Of a DNA stretch of 64,000 bases, positions 1-14,282 are shown piece by piece (the stretch's first letter is position 1; every line of letters starts with the position of its first letter). The stretch is from Eledone cirrhosa (Eukaryota). Both the position numbers and the translations under genes were made by a program. The DNA is taken from positions 217,310,001 to 217,374,000 of the forward strand of contig OZ024743.1 in NCBI GenBank assembly GCA_964016885.1, in the 5' to 3' direction. Below the pieces are notes generated by a model. The model searched no databases and was not told the DNA's origin. It saw nothing but the letters and a program-made list of their open reading frames with translations.

Positions 1-90
1 TCATAGGTTGACTATAAAGGAGTGATGCTTTTGCTGAGAAATATTGCATGCATTAATTTTAAACCTGCTTTTTAATAACTGCAGTATTGA
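1..90 (+). mobile_element. Fragment of mariner-like DNA transposon/MITE, homologous to 40681-40770
   Basis: Aligns by eye with 40681-40770 (g(c/t)tgactat.aaggag.g.tg...ttgcatgcatt.attt...ttaataactgc). The second copy begins CGAGGG, a mariner-type TIR start. Confidence 0.4.
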
Positions 91-1093
91 TTTCCTGTGA
101 CGATGGAGAAGAATAAATCTCATTTGATCATTCCGTGAAATATCTTGTTCAGCTTATAAACATTCCAGTCGACCCCGTCATTATCAACAATTGATAGTGG
201 AAACGTTTATTTCTTTCTAGTTTTTACAAGAACAATACTAAGTTTTTACAAGAACAATACTCGTTCCCATATGTAACAATTTCATCATTTAAAATTTGCC
301 CTTCATCTCCCTTTGGAAAATACAATAAGGACGAGTTAATTGCTTATGTCGGTTTAATAGACAATAACATTCCTTGAGTGGCTATTTTAAATATTTACAT
401 ATTTTTTCTAATTATATTTTATTCTTCTAATATTCGCTATCACAATCAGCAGCATAATCAAAAATCAATTCCTATTTTTATCATTAGCGCCTTCCTCCGC
501 ATCATTATATTCACCTAATACAACCATCGTTTATATGCATCTTAAACATCCCATGCCAAACATACCTCGAAAAATAATATTTATATAGATCAATATTAAA
601 TAACATTTTCTCTCCTTCAACCACACAAACATCATCACCCATGACCTGTCCAGATGATAAGATATTCACAATTCAAGAACTCTTTAAGGTAGGAAAATAT
701 CAGTTCAAATGAATACAAACCCTCTACAATATTCAACTGAGATTAGAAATGAAATACTTCTCACAGATTTGGAAAGCCACTGTTGTCACACACACGGAAC
801 TTAGAACACACTCAGAAATGGACACCCAGGTGATTTACATTGATTCTTTCACCAACACACTCATTCCTCTTGTCACAAACTCTACCTTTCCTAACACCAC
901 TACAGTTGCCAAAGCCAACTGCAGTTGTATGTCCTTGCTCCACATTGACCCAAGCCCAACTACCCCCTTTGCTCTATTCCTCTCATCACCCATAATGAAT
1001 TCTCCTACAGTTTCTTTCTCAACAAAGAAGATAAAAATAAGAAAAACAGACCCTAAAATATATTTTACGTGCTATTACCAACTTCAACCCCCC

Positions 1094-1130
<37 letters not shown>

Positions 1131-1170
1131 TCACACACACACTCACTCTTTCTCTCTCTCTCTCACTCTT

Positions 1171-1245
<75 letters not shown>

Positions 1246-3765
1246 TTAGATTGATAGATAGATTCGAGTATAATCTTCAGAATGTAACTGGTTGCTAGGC
1301 ATTGCAATTAGAGTTTGTTTGCATTTTATTAGTATAAGCTTCCTTCCTAATTAATTTTGTTTGTATTGACAATGCTATTGCTTTTGGTAATTACTGTTCT
1401 ACATTATATTTTGTTACTTCTGTTTTTCATTGATGTTATTTTGTCATGACTAATAGGTTTATGCTATCATATTTTTCTTTCGATATGTTTACCTGTATCA
1501 TATACGTGTTTTTCTACCATACAGTACCATAGAAGGATGTAGTGATATATTACCACATGCATAGAACTATGGAGATATTATGCTACAACATAACCCAAAG
1601 ACGTATTGAAATATGATCATACATACACGGAGCGATGAGAAGATATACCCACACATATACACAAATTTATAGATATAGCCATATATCACAGAGGGTCATC
1701 AAGTAGTATACTCACATGAACACAAATACATATAGTAATATGCTTATATATACACATATAGGTATAAATACAGGCTTACACGTATCGATGGACATGCTCA
1801 CATGTAAACATGCAAACTGATATATACTAACACATAGCCGGAACCATAGGGATATATATTCACCCACAAGCAGATTCCACTGCAGTTGCTTGCATATATA
1901 CATATATACAGTTACACAAATTTACTGATGAGCACATCTAGCTACGCTGTTCCACACTGAATGGTGAACTATTAGCAGCTATATTGAGAAAAGATTTGTT
2001 AAATTACCTAAACAAACATATGTTCAAAGCCAATCATACACTTATTCATGCTGACTAAAAATTAACAAATCTTACTAAAAGACAAACATGCCAACAGATG
2101 TACAGATATCTGAAAAGTAAAGGAAAGTTTACAATAAGATATAACAAAATAAATATCACTGTTCAAATGCATATAGTAAGACACACTCCTACATATTCTT
2201 TTTGTTGTATATATTATACACGCATACATGCACATACAGGCGTAGGCATGCACAATTGAGAAAAGAAAAACAATGCAAGTATGAAACAAGCAATTAGTAC
2301 TTGATAAACTTTCTGGAAAAATCTTTTAATCAATGAAGAAGATGGAAATATATGTAATGAAAAAAAAATATCAATAGAAATTCAAATGGTTAACTAACTT
2401 CATCTATGTATTGATTATTATTTATTTGAATGCCTGAATGAATCAAAGTATTACGTAGGTAATTAACTGAATGATGGACTTGGCCAAGATGACGAAGTAT
2501 ACACAGTACTTGACTGATGGACTTGCGGAGGCTTCATTATTGCTGCTTTGTGTTTGTTGAACGGCCCAAAGCAAGTTTTGATGGAGTTGCCGCAACCATT
2601 GCTACAGGAATCCAATTGAGCCATTGTCTAGATATCATAGGCAACAGGAACTCGCTACCGAACGACGATATTGGCAGTGCTGACGCCACCAATATTTCCT
2701 GGATTGCAGTAATTGCTATTCCTCACCTAACTACTATGTGCAACTACAAATATGGAAAACTCTTCAATCATTACGACAAATATAAGTGATTTAACAATCA
2801 ACATAATCAACATTTTTTTCCATCGTCATCATTAGCTGTGTCATCGACGATTTCTACTCTTACTTCCACAGCCGCAAATAATGCTGTTAAGCAGCAATTG
2901 AGACTGAAAACAATAATTTAAAAGAAAACGAAAGTGATTCTCTGTTTTAGTTTTATTTTATTTATTTTGCCTTATTTGTCGTTTACAACTATCACTGGAA
3001 TGACAAAGTTGGTCGAAAACCGGATTGAATGCCTTACAGTATTTAGTTCCATTGTCCTACATATAATCATTTGTATTTCTGCCTTTCAACGTTGACGAAA
3101 CAAGTAGCTATCATACATCAGAGTTGGTGATAATACGCAGGATGTCTTCTGGAAAATAGTGCATCTTATAAGCTGTCAAATCCAGCACCTATCGTGTCTG
3201 TTTGATGGTTTTCAGACTGGGCACGTGCGTATAACTATTGCACCTAATCAAAATATATCACTTTTATCATCACAACCATTACTATTGTCGTCTTTTAACA
3301 TCATCTCTAACCAGAATCAGTATACTCGCGCAATCCTCCTATGTTATTGAATGCTATGTCACTGTTATCCTATACAATGCTATATCATATTCTGATATGT
3401 TACTAATATAACACTGAAAACTGCACCAACATTTTATTTGTGAGATCTCAAAGATAATCACATTTAGTCATAGAAATTCTGATGCATACTCATCGCTAAA
3501 TTTGCATAAAGAAGTATATTTATTTCCTATGAACATATAAATTCAACCTTGATAAACTAACATTCTTGTGTAGTACACTTCTGGGAATCCCCAACTTTAA
3601 TTGTATCACAACTACAGGATTAATCATGATAATACAATTGAGTAATATATTTATCTAGAAGAAACTATAGATTAAGGGAACGTGCGAATAAGCAAGTCTA
3701 ATAGTGCTGTCGTAGCTCAATTCACTGGTTCTTGGAATTGACTTTGATCACTTTGATAGACATAA

Positions 3766-3941
3766 TTGTTTCTACTTTAGGCACAAGGCCAGCAATCACC
3801 CAGTGCATTACTGGTACTTTATTTTATCGACCCCGTAAGGATGAAAGGCAAAGTCAACCTCGGCGGGATTTTAACTCAGATCATAAAGGAACGTAACTAT
3901 GCTGGAAAGCATGGTGTCCGACCCTCTACTGATACTGCCAA
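3766..3941 (-). mobile_element. tRNA-derived SINE (Meta/RUDI-like central domain)
   Basis: Reverse complement has A-box-like TGGCAGTATCAGTAG, B-box-like GAGTTAAAATCCC, core GACTTTGCCTTTCATCCTTACGGGGTCGATAAAATAAAGTACCAGT and 3' GGCCTTGTGCCTAAAGTAGAAACAA. The family recurs more than 10 times in the window. Confidence 0.85.
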
Positions 3942-6900
3942 GAGGCTCGATTCCTTTCCAGACACTTCTTTAAATATACTTAAAATATTTAAGGTGAAAC
4001 AGAATTCATATCTACCAACATATAAAAAGAAAATTGCAATGAATGTAGGCAGCCGACATCACCTACCAATATAAAGTATAACATATAGTATAATATCGTA
4101 AATATTTAATTCTAAATGAAATTCATTGAATATAATGTGAATATATATATAAATAGATATCAGTTTCAGATGTAGCTATACAGCTCTTCATCTTCGGTGA
4201 CATTTTACTCGCTGTACTATTTGATTTTAATTGGCCTAGTCTAAAGGTTTCAAAGTAAACAACTTACTTTTTCCAGAACAGGATGATCACTTTATTCAAT
4301 ACCGTGTTGCTCTTTATTTAAGGTAGATCTTGAGTGACGTAGCAATGACTTCACTGAACACAACGACAGTGTTCTATTCCAGGTCACTGAATTCAGTTGC
4401 TTATATCTTTATCGATACCTATTTTAAAATCTATTTGAAAATAGTTATTCATCACAATGTCGATTATTCATAATAGTTTGAATGAAGAAGTCTGTGAGGC
4501 GAAACTGACATTAGATTCGGCCAACAAATCATTCACAATCATCCGAAATTTTAATTCAAATCATATTTTATTGTTATGAGTACAATGGAGATTAGAGAGA
4601 CAAGCAAGGAAAGGGTATCGTGTAAGAAAGTGAAGGATAACTTAGAACTTTTTGCATATGCCAAACTTACTCAGAACCTGAATTTATAAGGATTGCCTCA
4701 AATAAGCCATGCAGTCAAAATAGAATTAATATGCCAAGTGCATCAATAAATAATAGCTTATTTCCAACTAGAATATTGAATCAGGTGAAGCAACTAGTTT
4801 TTCTTCATTATATCAGTATGTTCCAAGTTGTAGCATCTCAATTATTTGCCAGAGATTCGCTAAATATACCTCACTTGTTGCAAATTCAAGTTTGCTCACA
4901 AAAAGGCAATGTAGAAGTAGGTCAGTTAATCTCAGCGAAGTGTCGACAAACAATTTGAAACAAAATGCTTAAATAAATCATGGTTTCCTTTCAATTCTAA
5001 TCACAACACTATCGTTCACTAAACTAAAACTTATATACAGTATGCTTCTACTTATCTAACGGATATAAACGTTCTCCTGAACATAGTATTTCAGATACAT
5101 AATTGTTTGTATCATGCATCAATTCTTCATCGATTTATGTCGTTTATGTTTCAATTATCGGAATTCCAACAACACACTTTATTTGTTGTGATGTAGACCT
5201 CTCTCATCATTATTTGGATGCTGAAGGTTAAACTCAGCAAGATGAGTCAACTTGTGTTACAACATTTGTGAACCTAAAATTTCAAAAGATGTTGTTACCT
5301 ATTTGACGTTGTTTTGCTAGTCAATTAGAAGGAATAGAATAAAGTAGTTATAATTCACACTGTCATTTTACATTTCAAATAACACTATATTTTGCCGAGA
5401 TGAAATAAACTCTATTCCAATAGCAATTATTGTTGTTTGGAAACATAGTGGCGTCAGCAGTGGTGGTAGTAGTAGTAGGAGTAGAAGTAATGTTGATGTT
5501 GAATGTCTATTTTAGCACATGAGCACACATGTAAAAATAGTGTAAGCCGGCGCAATTGATTTTAATACACTATTGGTAGATATGGAATTGTTTCATTGGG
5601 TAGGGAGGGGCAATGACGTACCTCTTTACTCTTTCTACCTTTCTACCACTACCTATTTTTCTTTCATATAAGGATTTCTAATTCTGCCAACATTTTGTGG
5701 GGAGGCAAATCTCGATTACATCGATCTAGCACATGGTTGGTACTTTATTATATTGATGAAGAAAGGATAAAAGGCAAATTGAAACTCGATACTGAATACA
5801 AAAGGCTGTTACTAAATACTGGAAGGCATTTTGCCCGACGATTGAATGAATCTGCTATATAAAATAGTAGGAATAATGCCTGTATATATTTTGTAAAAAA
5901 TGTGACAAGTTGATATGAAACGAATGTTTTTGATGTGATAAACACCTGCAGATGGCGGAATTAACAGCTTACAAAGGATTTGTTTTCTCAACATTCACTA
6001 AAAAAAAAGGAGGAAATGACGTTGAACCTGGAGGGACTTGAACTCAGAACAGTGAGGCAACGAACTAGATACTGTAAAGCTTCTAGTCGAGCGCTCTACT
6101 GTCTGTGCCAAGCTCATCAACAACTTCAATGCAATCCACTCAATATTAGCGTCGACAAATGATAACCAAGATGTTGAAACTTTAAAACGAATTTAATTTT
6201 AAACTGAATCAATATTTATTTTTATTTCAATATTGTCTTTCTTACCTGAATGATATTTATAGATTTGAATAACATATGAATTACAAGCATATTACATTCT
6301 TACATATAGTAACACACATACACACTCACATATACATATCTACACCATTATACGACAATACATGAGAACCTATTGTAATTTAACTTATACATATAATCAT
6401 AAAATAAAACAATTAACTGTTCCGCAACATATGTCATTATCATCATCCGGCGACTTCAGCCGAAATCGACTCAACATTTATTCCCGCATGGGTTGTAGTT
6501 CATTGTGGTTGCCAAATCCTGGATTTCAATACCAGAATCTTTGGAGATAACGTCGGGATAGGTGAGCTTGCTCCACCTGCTATTAGTAACTGCTTGTGGC
6601 CAGCAAATCTTACTCTCCTTTAACGTACAACGATAGATATGCGTGGAGGCCGGCATGTATTTCTTTCAAAGTCAGATGTCGCCAAAAAATAAACAAAAAA
6701 TGTCTACCTTTGTAAATCGTCAGGATTTCGGAAGAGAGATTTACTAGAATAGATCAGCTGAAGGTTTCAGCAAAAAATTACCATAATCTGTGTATACAAT
6801 CAGTGTCTTTTTTTTTGTGTTTCTTATGTATTGTTCCCCACTTAAATCATTAAATGCATTTCTAGGAAGTAATCTACCTGAATTTATATGTAACAGATGT

Positions 6901-7765
6901 TGAACCAAGCGTATTAGTATTTGAAGGCAGATCTATTAATTCAGAGAAATTGTTTGAATTAGTGTTGATTGCGATAAATATTTTTCACAACTAAAGCAAA
7001 TTAAATAAATATATTCAATATTCGCCATATAATTTCATGGCACACAAATTTGCCTCATCTTGCTGTTTGAAAACGACTGGCTCCTTCACTTTTCTATGTC
7101 TGAGAATAGCTAATTATTAACTATTACATTTTACATTTAAAATGTGAGGTAACTTGATAGTGAGATCACCGTTCTTCCAATCCAAATCTTTCGTGCAATC
7201 ATTATACTTTTTTCACGTATATATTTTCTTCGTTGTATCTCTATATCAACGCCTTTCAATTTTTCTGATTGTGTTGCATTTAAGCATTTTACTATTGCTT
7301 TAGCTTTATTTCATTTTATTATTACCATAAAGCATTTTTTTTTAAATCAATTGTTCTCTATGAAAATCAAAATATTTCCTTCCCGTCTTCTACTCTGCAT
7401 CTGTACGTGTATATTTATGTTTAAGCTTGCATTTTCACACGTGCCCAGCAATATCCACAGTAATTATTAAGATTTCCAGCTAGCCAAATATACATCCGTA
7501 TGCCAGAGTCTCCGCTTATCTATCAATTTGTTTCTGACATATTTCTTTATAACCCTATGAGGATATATTCATGTATGTATCTGTATATTAATCGATCAAT
7601 CTATCTTTCTTCATTTGCTTTTATATATATGTATGTATATATATATATATATATATGCATGTTTCCACACACACACACAATTCACACACACACACACACA
7701 CACGCATGTATGTATGTATATGCATATATATATATATATATATATTATATGTATATATATATAGT

Positions 7766-7802
<37 letters not shown>

Positions 7803-7813
7803 TATATATATAG

Positions 7814-7858
<45 letters not shown>

Positions 7859-8115
7859 GAGAAACATTACAATAAGCTGCCCTCCTGCATGCTGAAGAGA
7901 TTAATCTTGTATAAGCTAATTGAATCCCTGCTGTACCTGCTCTGTTGCTGCCAACTAACGTCATATTACAATTTATTTATCCCTAGGTCGCCAATATAAT
8001 TCCTGTTGTGAATGCGAAAGTTCTGTCATTGAAAATTGAAATAGGTTTCAGATGAAATAATATTACAGATCTGTTCCAATCTTGTACGAATTCGTATACA
8101 TTTTCGAGTACATTT

Positions 8116-8217
<102 letters not shown>

Positions 8218-8235
8218 CTGTGTGTATATATGTGT

Positions 8236-9114
8236 GAGTATGTGTGTGTATGCTGGACTGTGATAATTAGAGAAATTGGTGGGGAGGTGAGTTGAGTCCA
8301 AGAAGGCAATAGGACCCAAGGTGGTGTATCAGACATTATTCAGTCCTGATGAGCGAGGCCTGTGATCCATGATGTAAAAGGACACCCACAAATGAAACAT
8401 GCCGGGAAGAATGACCAGGAGAACAGAAAGGATGGCTGACAGGAGTATCCAAACCGAGTCGTATGTCCCTCAAATGCTCGGGAAAACGGTCCGCCATACG
8501 ACGTCCCGTTTGTCCGATATATAAAGACCCGCAAAGGGAAAAACAGAGGGCATAGACAACGTGGGAGGATGTGCACGTGAACGAGTGGCGGATGCGGAAA
8601 GACCCGTTAGGGCCTATAAGAGTGGTGAGGGTGGAAATAAAGGGACAAGTGTTGTAGCGGGAACGGGAACAAAGAGGAGAGCCGAGGGGAGTCGTGTGAG
8701 GGGACGAGAAGCAACTGCGAAACAGGAGGTCGCGGACGTTGCGGGCGCGCTTAAAATCAGTAATGGGTGAGTTTGAAAAGAAGCGAGAAGTGACGGGGTC
8801 AGAAGAGAGGATGCGGAAGAAATGGAGGATATGTCACCGGAGTGGTAGGGTGATAGGGTGGGAGGTGTGAAAGAAAGGAACGCGGGTGTTGGGAGGGCGG
8901 GGTGAGGTGAGAGGGCTGTGGTTCGGTCTGTTTCACGGGCGCGGGTGAGATCAGCTTGGATCAGGGGGGGGGGGGTATCCACGCTGGATGAAACAGGAAG
9001 CCATGCGAAGGGAATGGGTTTCGAAATCGTCGCCCTGACTACAGAGACGACGAAGATGGAGGAATTGGGTATAGGGTATGGAGTGTTTGGTGTGGGTTGG
9101 ATGGGAGGAGGTGG

Positions 9115-9115
<1 letters not shown>
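8236..9115. mobile_element. GC-rich, purine-skewed insert between microsatellites, probably a PLE 3'UTR/pLTR remnant
   Basis: Sharp compositional island bounded by (TG)n and (TA)n. Decayed HHR-like CTGATGA...GAAACATG at about 8346-8401. Its ORFs are low-complexity and unrecognisable. Confidence 0.35.
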
Positions 9116-9182
<67 letters not shown>

Positions 9183-9225
9183 GATGATATTAAATAAATG
9201 GAAACTATATTTATAAAACCATATT

Positions 9226-9284
9226 TATTTTATTATATATATTTCTAGGGTACCAAGAGAACATTGGTACGTTTTCATCAGATA
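9226..9284 (-). ncRNA. Hammerhead ribozyme, type I minimal (antisense-arm copy)
   Basis: Minus strand reads tat-CTGATGA-aaacgtaccaa..ttggtacccta-GAAA-tatata-TA-ataaaata. Core intact; stems I and II partly degraded. Confidence 0.65.
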
Positions 9285-9350
9285 CGCGTGGGTTTTCTAA
9301 ATAGAGACATACCCATGAAAATCATACCTTATCGGTTAGAAAAAACTTTG

Positions 9351-9414
9351 TATTTTATCTGATGAGAGGGTACCAATATTGTCTTGGTACCCTAGAAATA
9401 TATATAATAAAATA
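9351..9414 (+). ncRNA. Hammerhead ribozyme, type I minimal
   Basis: Stem I tattttat/ataaaata, CTGATGA, stem II agggtaccaa/ttggtaccct, GAAA, palindromic stem III tatata. Predicted cut after 9406. Confidence 0.85.
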
Positions 9415-9600
9415 TATATGGTTTTATAAATATAGTTTCCATTTATTTAATATCATTAAATATTTACTCCAATCTACTGTTGAGTGCTTTAAATTAGTTA
9501 TAAACATTTATATTTGTCGGACTTCTAACAAATTAAATACCCCTTCTACTTATATATATATAAATATATATACATACATATATATATATACATATATATA

Positions 9601-9663
<63 letters not shown>

Positions 9664-10648
9664 GTATATATATATATATATATTTATATATATGTATATA
9701 TATATATATAGGAACGATACACCTTCTGTCGATTTTGCACTCATTCATTAATCAGTATCATTAAGTCAGTATCATTAAGACATAAGGCCAAGGATATCAG
9801 AGTAGAAACTTATATTTTAAAGACTGATAAACAAATATTTCGTTTTGTTAAAAAATTTCATTTTCTTTCCTCGGACCGATGCATTGCTTTCTGCAACCCC
9901 ATCTGTTAGCGGTAGTCTAAATGGAACTAACGTGCACAGAAATCAGGTAATGCAATTAAGTAATAAGTAATTGGCTATGAGTTGCAGCATTAGAGGGGAC
10001 TTATCCCCACGGGTACAGGTCAGCTATCAGAAAAACTCTGTTCCGATTTACCTTAGAATATATAGCGCATCAGGAATTCTTAATGAATATAATTCATTTT
10101 TATTTCATCATATACGTCTTTCAGGTGAGGAAATGCGACTAATAAGGTAAATTGAAAACTTCTTTAAGTTATATAATATCATTTAGTAGAAAATGCATAT
10201 ACTTAAGTGCGAAAGTAAAATCGAATACTATACCTGGACAGGTAACTTCATATAACATTTGTCTTGTCAGGGATATTGAAACATACATACATTTTATGAG
10301 AAAGTTATCTCCTTAAGTAATAGTTGAAAACTATAAAATAATATTTAAATGAGTTTGATGAAATTCCCCAGAGCGGCGGGAAGTGGAGTGCAATGTCCGG
10401 AGGAATCCAATTACGTATTTCTCTCATATTGGATGAGCACATGGAAACATTGCAGTAAATGTCACCTGTTTGCTATGTATCGTCATTTTAGAAGATAAGC
10501 GCGTCATGATGATGTAAGAGTAAATATTGAGCAAATTTAGGAAGTATTGGTGAATGTGGCTCGCTATATGTCAGATGTGGCTTGCTATACTATGCTTACT
10601 AGCATGGGATAGCAAGCCACATCGGACACTGGAATAGTTCCTTTAATT

Positions 10649-10686
10649 TCCTCGGAAGAAGTGATATGAATCTCGAAATATCAGGA
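10649..10686 (+). ncRNA. Degenerate minimal hammerhead
   Basis: tcct-CGGAAGA-a-gtgat atga atctc-GAAA-ta-TC-agga. One core substitution (U4>G). Confidence 0.4.
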
Positions 10687-10944
10687 CATATGAATAAATT
10701 AAGGTAAAAAAACAAACCCTGTTTCTTACGTTTTAATTTTTCTCCGTCCAAACCTGCACTGCCGAGGCTTTCCAACTTCGAAATTTGTTATACCATATAC
10801 AATGACTGAAGTTAGCTACAAATGTTTTCTAATATTACATATGTATATATACATGTATTTATATATATATACATATATATATAGGTACGTGTCTGTGTAT
10901 GCATGTGTATGTATATATATATGTATATATAACTTCACAAATTA

Positions 10945-11015
<71 letters not shown>

Positions 11016-11520
11016 TGTGTGTGTGTCTGTATTTATGCGGTGAGAGATTAGATTATATACTTCACCCCGCAAAAATGTGTATATATGAATGAAAAGCATA
11101 AGTGATATAGCTTTGAAATATATAACGAATGAATACCGACTCGACTTCGTTATGAAATTATAAAGTGAAAATAGTTTAACTAATTTTATTAGTACACTCT
11201 GTAGGATATTGGTTCTGTTTTAATTATTGTATGGTCTAATAACTTCCATCTGCTCGATATCAATAAAATGGCCCTTTAGACACCGTGTTACATTTACACA
11301 TTAACACATTTATGAAATTTCGGCTGTGCTTCTAGAAACTAAATCTACCACTTTCTGTTTTACTACTATGTAATTAATGATATACTTTAATCCTCTGGTT
11401 GTGAATGATTATAGCTTTAGATAACTATTTCTTCTAATTTCAGAACCATCCATAATATTCAGAAAGTTTAACCAAACTATCAAATGCAACATATCTATAT
11501 TTGATAGATATGTTGCATTT

Positions 11521-11657
11521 CAACTCCGTCCCTTTACGGTCTGAGTTCAAATCCTGTCGAGGTTAACTTTGCCTTTCATCCTTACGGGGTCGATATAATA
11601 AAGTACCAGTAATGCATTGAGATAATTGCTGGCATTGTGCCAAATATAGAAACAATT
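11521..11657 (+). mobile_element. 5'-truncated SINE copy
   Basis: GAGTTCAAATCC B-box, GCCTTTCATCCTTACGGGGTCGAT core and family 3' end. Confidence 0.8.
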
Positions 11658-12289
11658 ATTTCTCTATGTATTTCTATTTACTTCCATGTTTGGATAAAGA
11701 AATAATTTATTATTCGTGCAAAATCATCTTTGTTGAATTCATCTATATAATTCAAATTAATTTATATAATATTAATCTCATTCAGAACACTTCCATTATA
11801 TGATGACATTCTTCGCCGCTTGACTCTTCTTTCTCATAATCCTTTTCGTTTTCATTTCCCCTCTTTCTATGTTCCCTTTAATAGTGTGATTTATTTTTAT
11901 TAGATACCGCTCAATTATCTTTTATACAAAGTTAATATATTTTCATGTTGTGAGATTCTATATATTGAAGAAATGATGAAATATATATATACTACGTGTA
12001 ATTCCTACTCTAAACACCAGTATGTAATGACTTTAGAATCAACAAAATAGTTTAAAATCCACATTCATTTAAATTTCAGAGATAGTAAAAATATTATTTC
12101 AAAATATGACCAGCTCTTACATTTTTGTGGATGTAAAATGTTTCAATTTACAAGGAAATTCTCATTTTCTGCCGTCTTTACAAACTTTCGTATTAGATAT
12201 GTGTATATATTTATACACGCTTTTCAGTTACATTTGTGCATTTATCCATATATATATACAGGGGTGTGTGTGTGTGGGGGGTTAAAATT

Positions 12290-12872
12290 CCCGAGATCCA
12301 AGGACGTGTTCTCTCAAGCCGTCTCTGTCCTTCATCATCGGCGCCATGTCTTGCGTATCACTTGTGGCAAAGACCCTCAACAGGGTAATTCTTAACAGGA
12401 TACAGCCCGAGATGGAGAAGAATCTCAGGGACAACTAGAATGGCTTCAGAGAAAGATCAACCACCAGTCACATACTGATGCTGAGAAGGATATTAGAGGG
12501 AGCTAGAGCAAAGAGCCTTTCTGCTGTTATGGTTTTCATTGACTTTAGGAAGGCCTTTGATTCTCTGGATCGTCACTGCCCGATGAAGATCTTACAGGCT
12601 TATGGAATCCTTAAGAAGATAGTGGACCTGATATCATTGCTCTACACCAACCCCAGAGCCCTCGTCATTACAACTCACGGGATGACGGATTTCTTTACGG
12701 TACAGGATGCAGTGCTCCATGGAGATACATTGGCTCCCTACCTTCTTATCATCGCAATGGACTATTGTATGCGCCTTGCACTGTAGAAACACCAGGACTA
12801 GCTTTACTGTAACACTAGCTCTGAGTTACGGCTAAAGAGATATTAGATGCTGAATATACTGACGACACAGCA
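12290..12872 (+). pseudogene. RTE-clade LINE reverse transcriptase fragment (disrupted)
   Basis: Translates to KTLNRVILNRIQP..NGFR..RSTTSHIL..FIDFRKAFDSL..VLHGDTLAPYLLII..YTDD with stops and frameshifts. Confidence 0.9.
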
Positions 12873-12900
12873 AATTGTGTATATGTGTGTGTGTATGTAT

Positions 12901-12949
<49 letters not shown>

Positions 12950-14119
12950 TGCGTGTGTGTGTGTTTGTAATGAGCATAAGAAGGATGGAATAAATGATCC
13001 GTTTCTAACCGGAAATTGAATCCAAGTTGTGGATGGGTGTATTATATGGTTTACTATTTACTTTGCTCCTGAATTAGTGGCTTTATATTTGACACGATAT
13101 GGATGAGTTATATTTTCATGAATGGGAAACAAGAAATTTGACGTAGTGTCTACGTCAAACATGCCTTTAAGCAGAGAATGTCTAGACATTGATTTATCGG
13201 AAGCTTAATTCCTGTTCAACAGTCGCATTTGAATATTATTAATAATAAAATACAAACAATGTTGAAATTCTGCACGAAATTACTTTGATTTCTAGAAGGT
13301 ATTAAATCATTTCTTCCGCCTTCAAAAATTGTATTTACCAGCTCTACCCAAGAAGACGTATTCATTGTATGTGATGCTTATTTCTTCTTATTTTTATCAA
13401 CTGGAATGTAATTGACTATTATAGAATGCGTGTTGGCAGAATCGCTAGAATGTCGCATAAAATATCTTGCGGCATTCGTTCTGTTTGTCTAAGCTCAGAT
13501 TACGCGAGGGTGAATTGTGTTTTCTTTTTCGCAGACATAAATTGATACTAACCCCTTATTTAAGTTTCTTCTTCTTCTTCTTCTTCTTCTTCTTCTTCTT
13601 CTTCTTCTTTACTTTTGTTTTTCTTAAATATTTGGGGAATGTATCACATTCCCCCTCTCTTTGAATCCTGAAAAATGTCCAAGATACGTCGCATATCAAA
13701 CCGTAACGCGTATGAGTGCGACAGGAGATGAAGGCCAATACGGTAGAGATATTAACTATGCAAAGATAAATGTTGGCAGATAGCAATGGTTATTGTTCAA
13801 GAGATATCCTTCTTTACTCGTGTGTTTCTTCTTCTGTTGGAAGTCGGTCAGCTAGAGAATGTCATTAGATATGTTGATCGGATAAAAAAAATAAAAATAA
13901 AATTATTCTAATAAACGTAAATAGACAACGTTAAAGAAATCATGCATGCAGGTCCCGTAATTCATGAGGAAGTTGATGGGGCACCATATTGACATACTGC
14001 CTTTCTAGGACTTTTTTTAAAACCTGGTGGGGCCCAGCTCATCTCCATGTCTGAAAACAGCAGATTTCGTAGAGCGAAGGATAGAAAGTGGGAGAATGGA
14101 AACGATACAGAGATGTAGA

Positions 14120-14282
14120 CATAGAATCAACCCCGGTAGTTACTGATACATTTTTTATCGATCTCTAACGAATGAATTGCAAAGTTGATCTCAGCGCATT
14201 TTGAACTCAGAGCGCAGAGAGGCGGAACAAATGCCGCAAAACATTTTACCTAACGTTCTAAAGACTCTGCCAATTCACCGTC
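14120..14282 (-). mobile_element. Diverged SINE copy
   Basis: ttttatcga...gaatgaa..gcaaagttga.ctc.gc...tttgaactcaga matches the family core. Confidence 0.6.

Larger units (their letters stand above)
9184..9550. mobile_element. Non-autonomous inverted-pLTR cassette (PLE-derived) flanked by (TA)n
   Basis: Inverted arms 9184-9284 and 9356-9456 each contain an HHR. One-sided tail 9457-9550. (TA)n on both sides. Confidence 0.75.

Noticed and set aside
219-261. 21-bp tandem duplication (agtttttacaagaacaatact)
   Set aside because: Simple local duplication, not an array.
7890-7940. CTGAAGA...GAAT hammerhead-like motif, plus similar hits at 4165, 23780, 24422 and 51410
   Set aside because: Core or stems too degraded to call.
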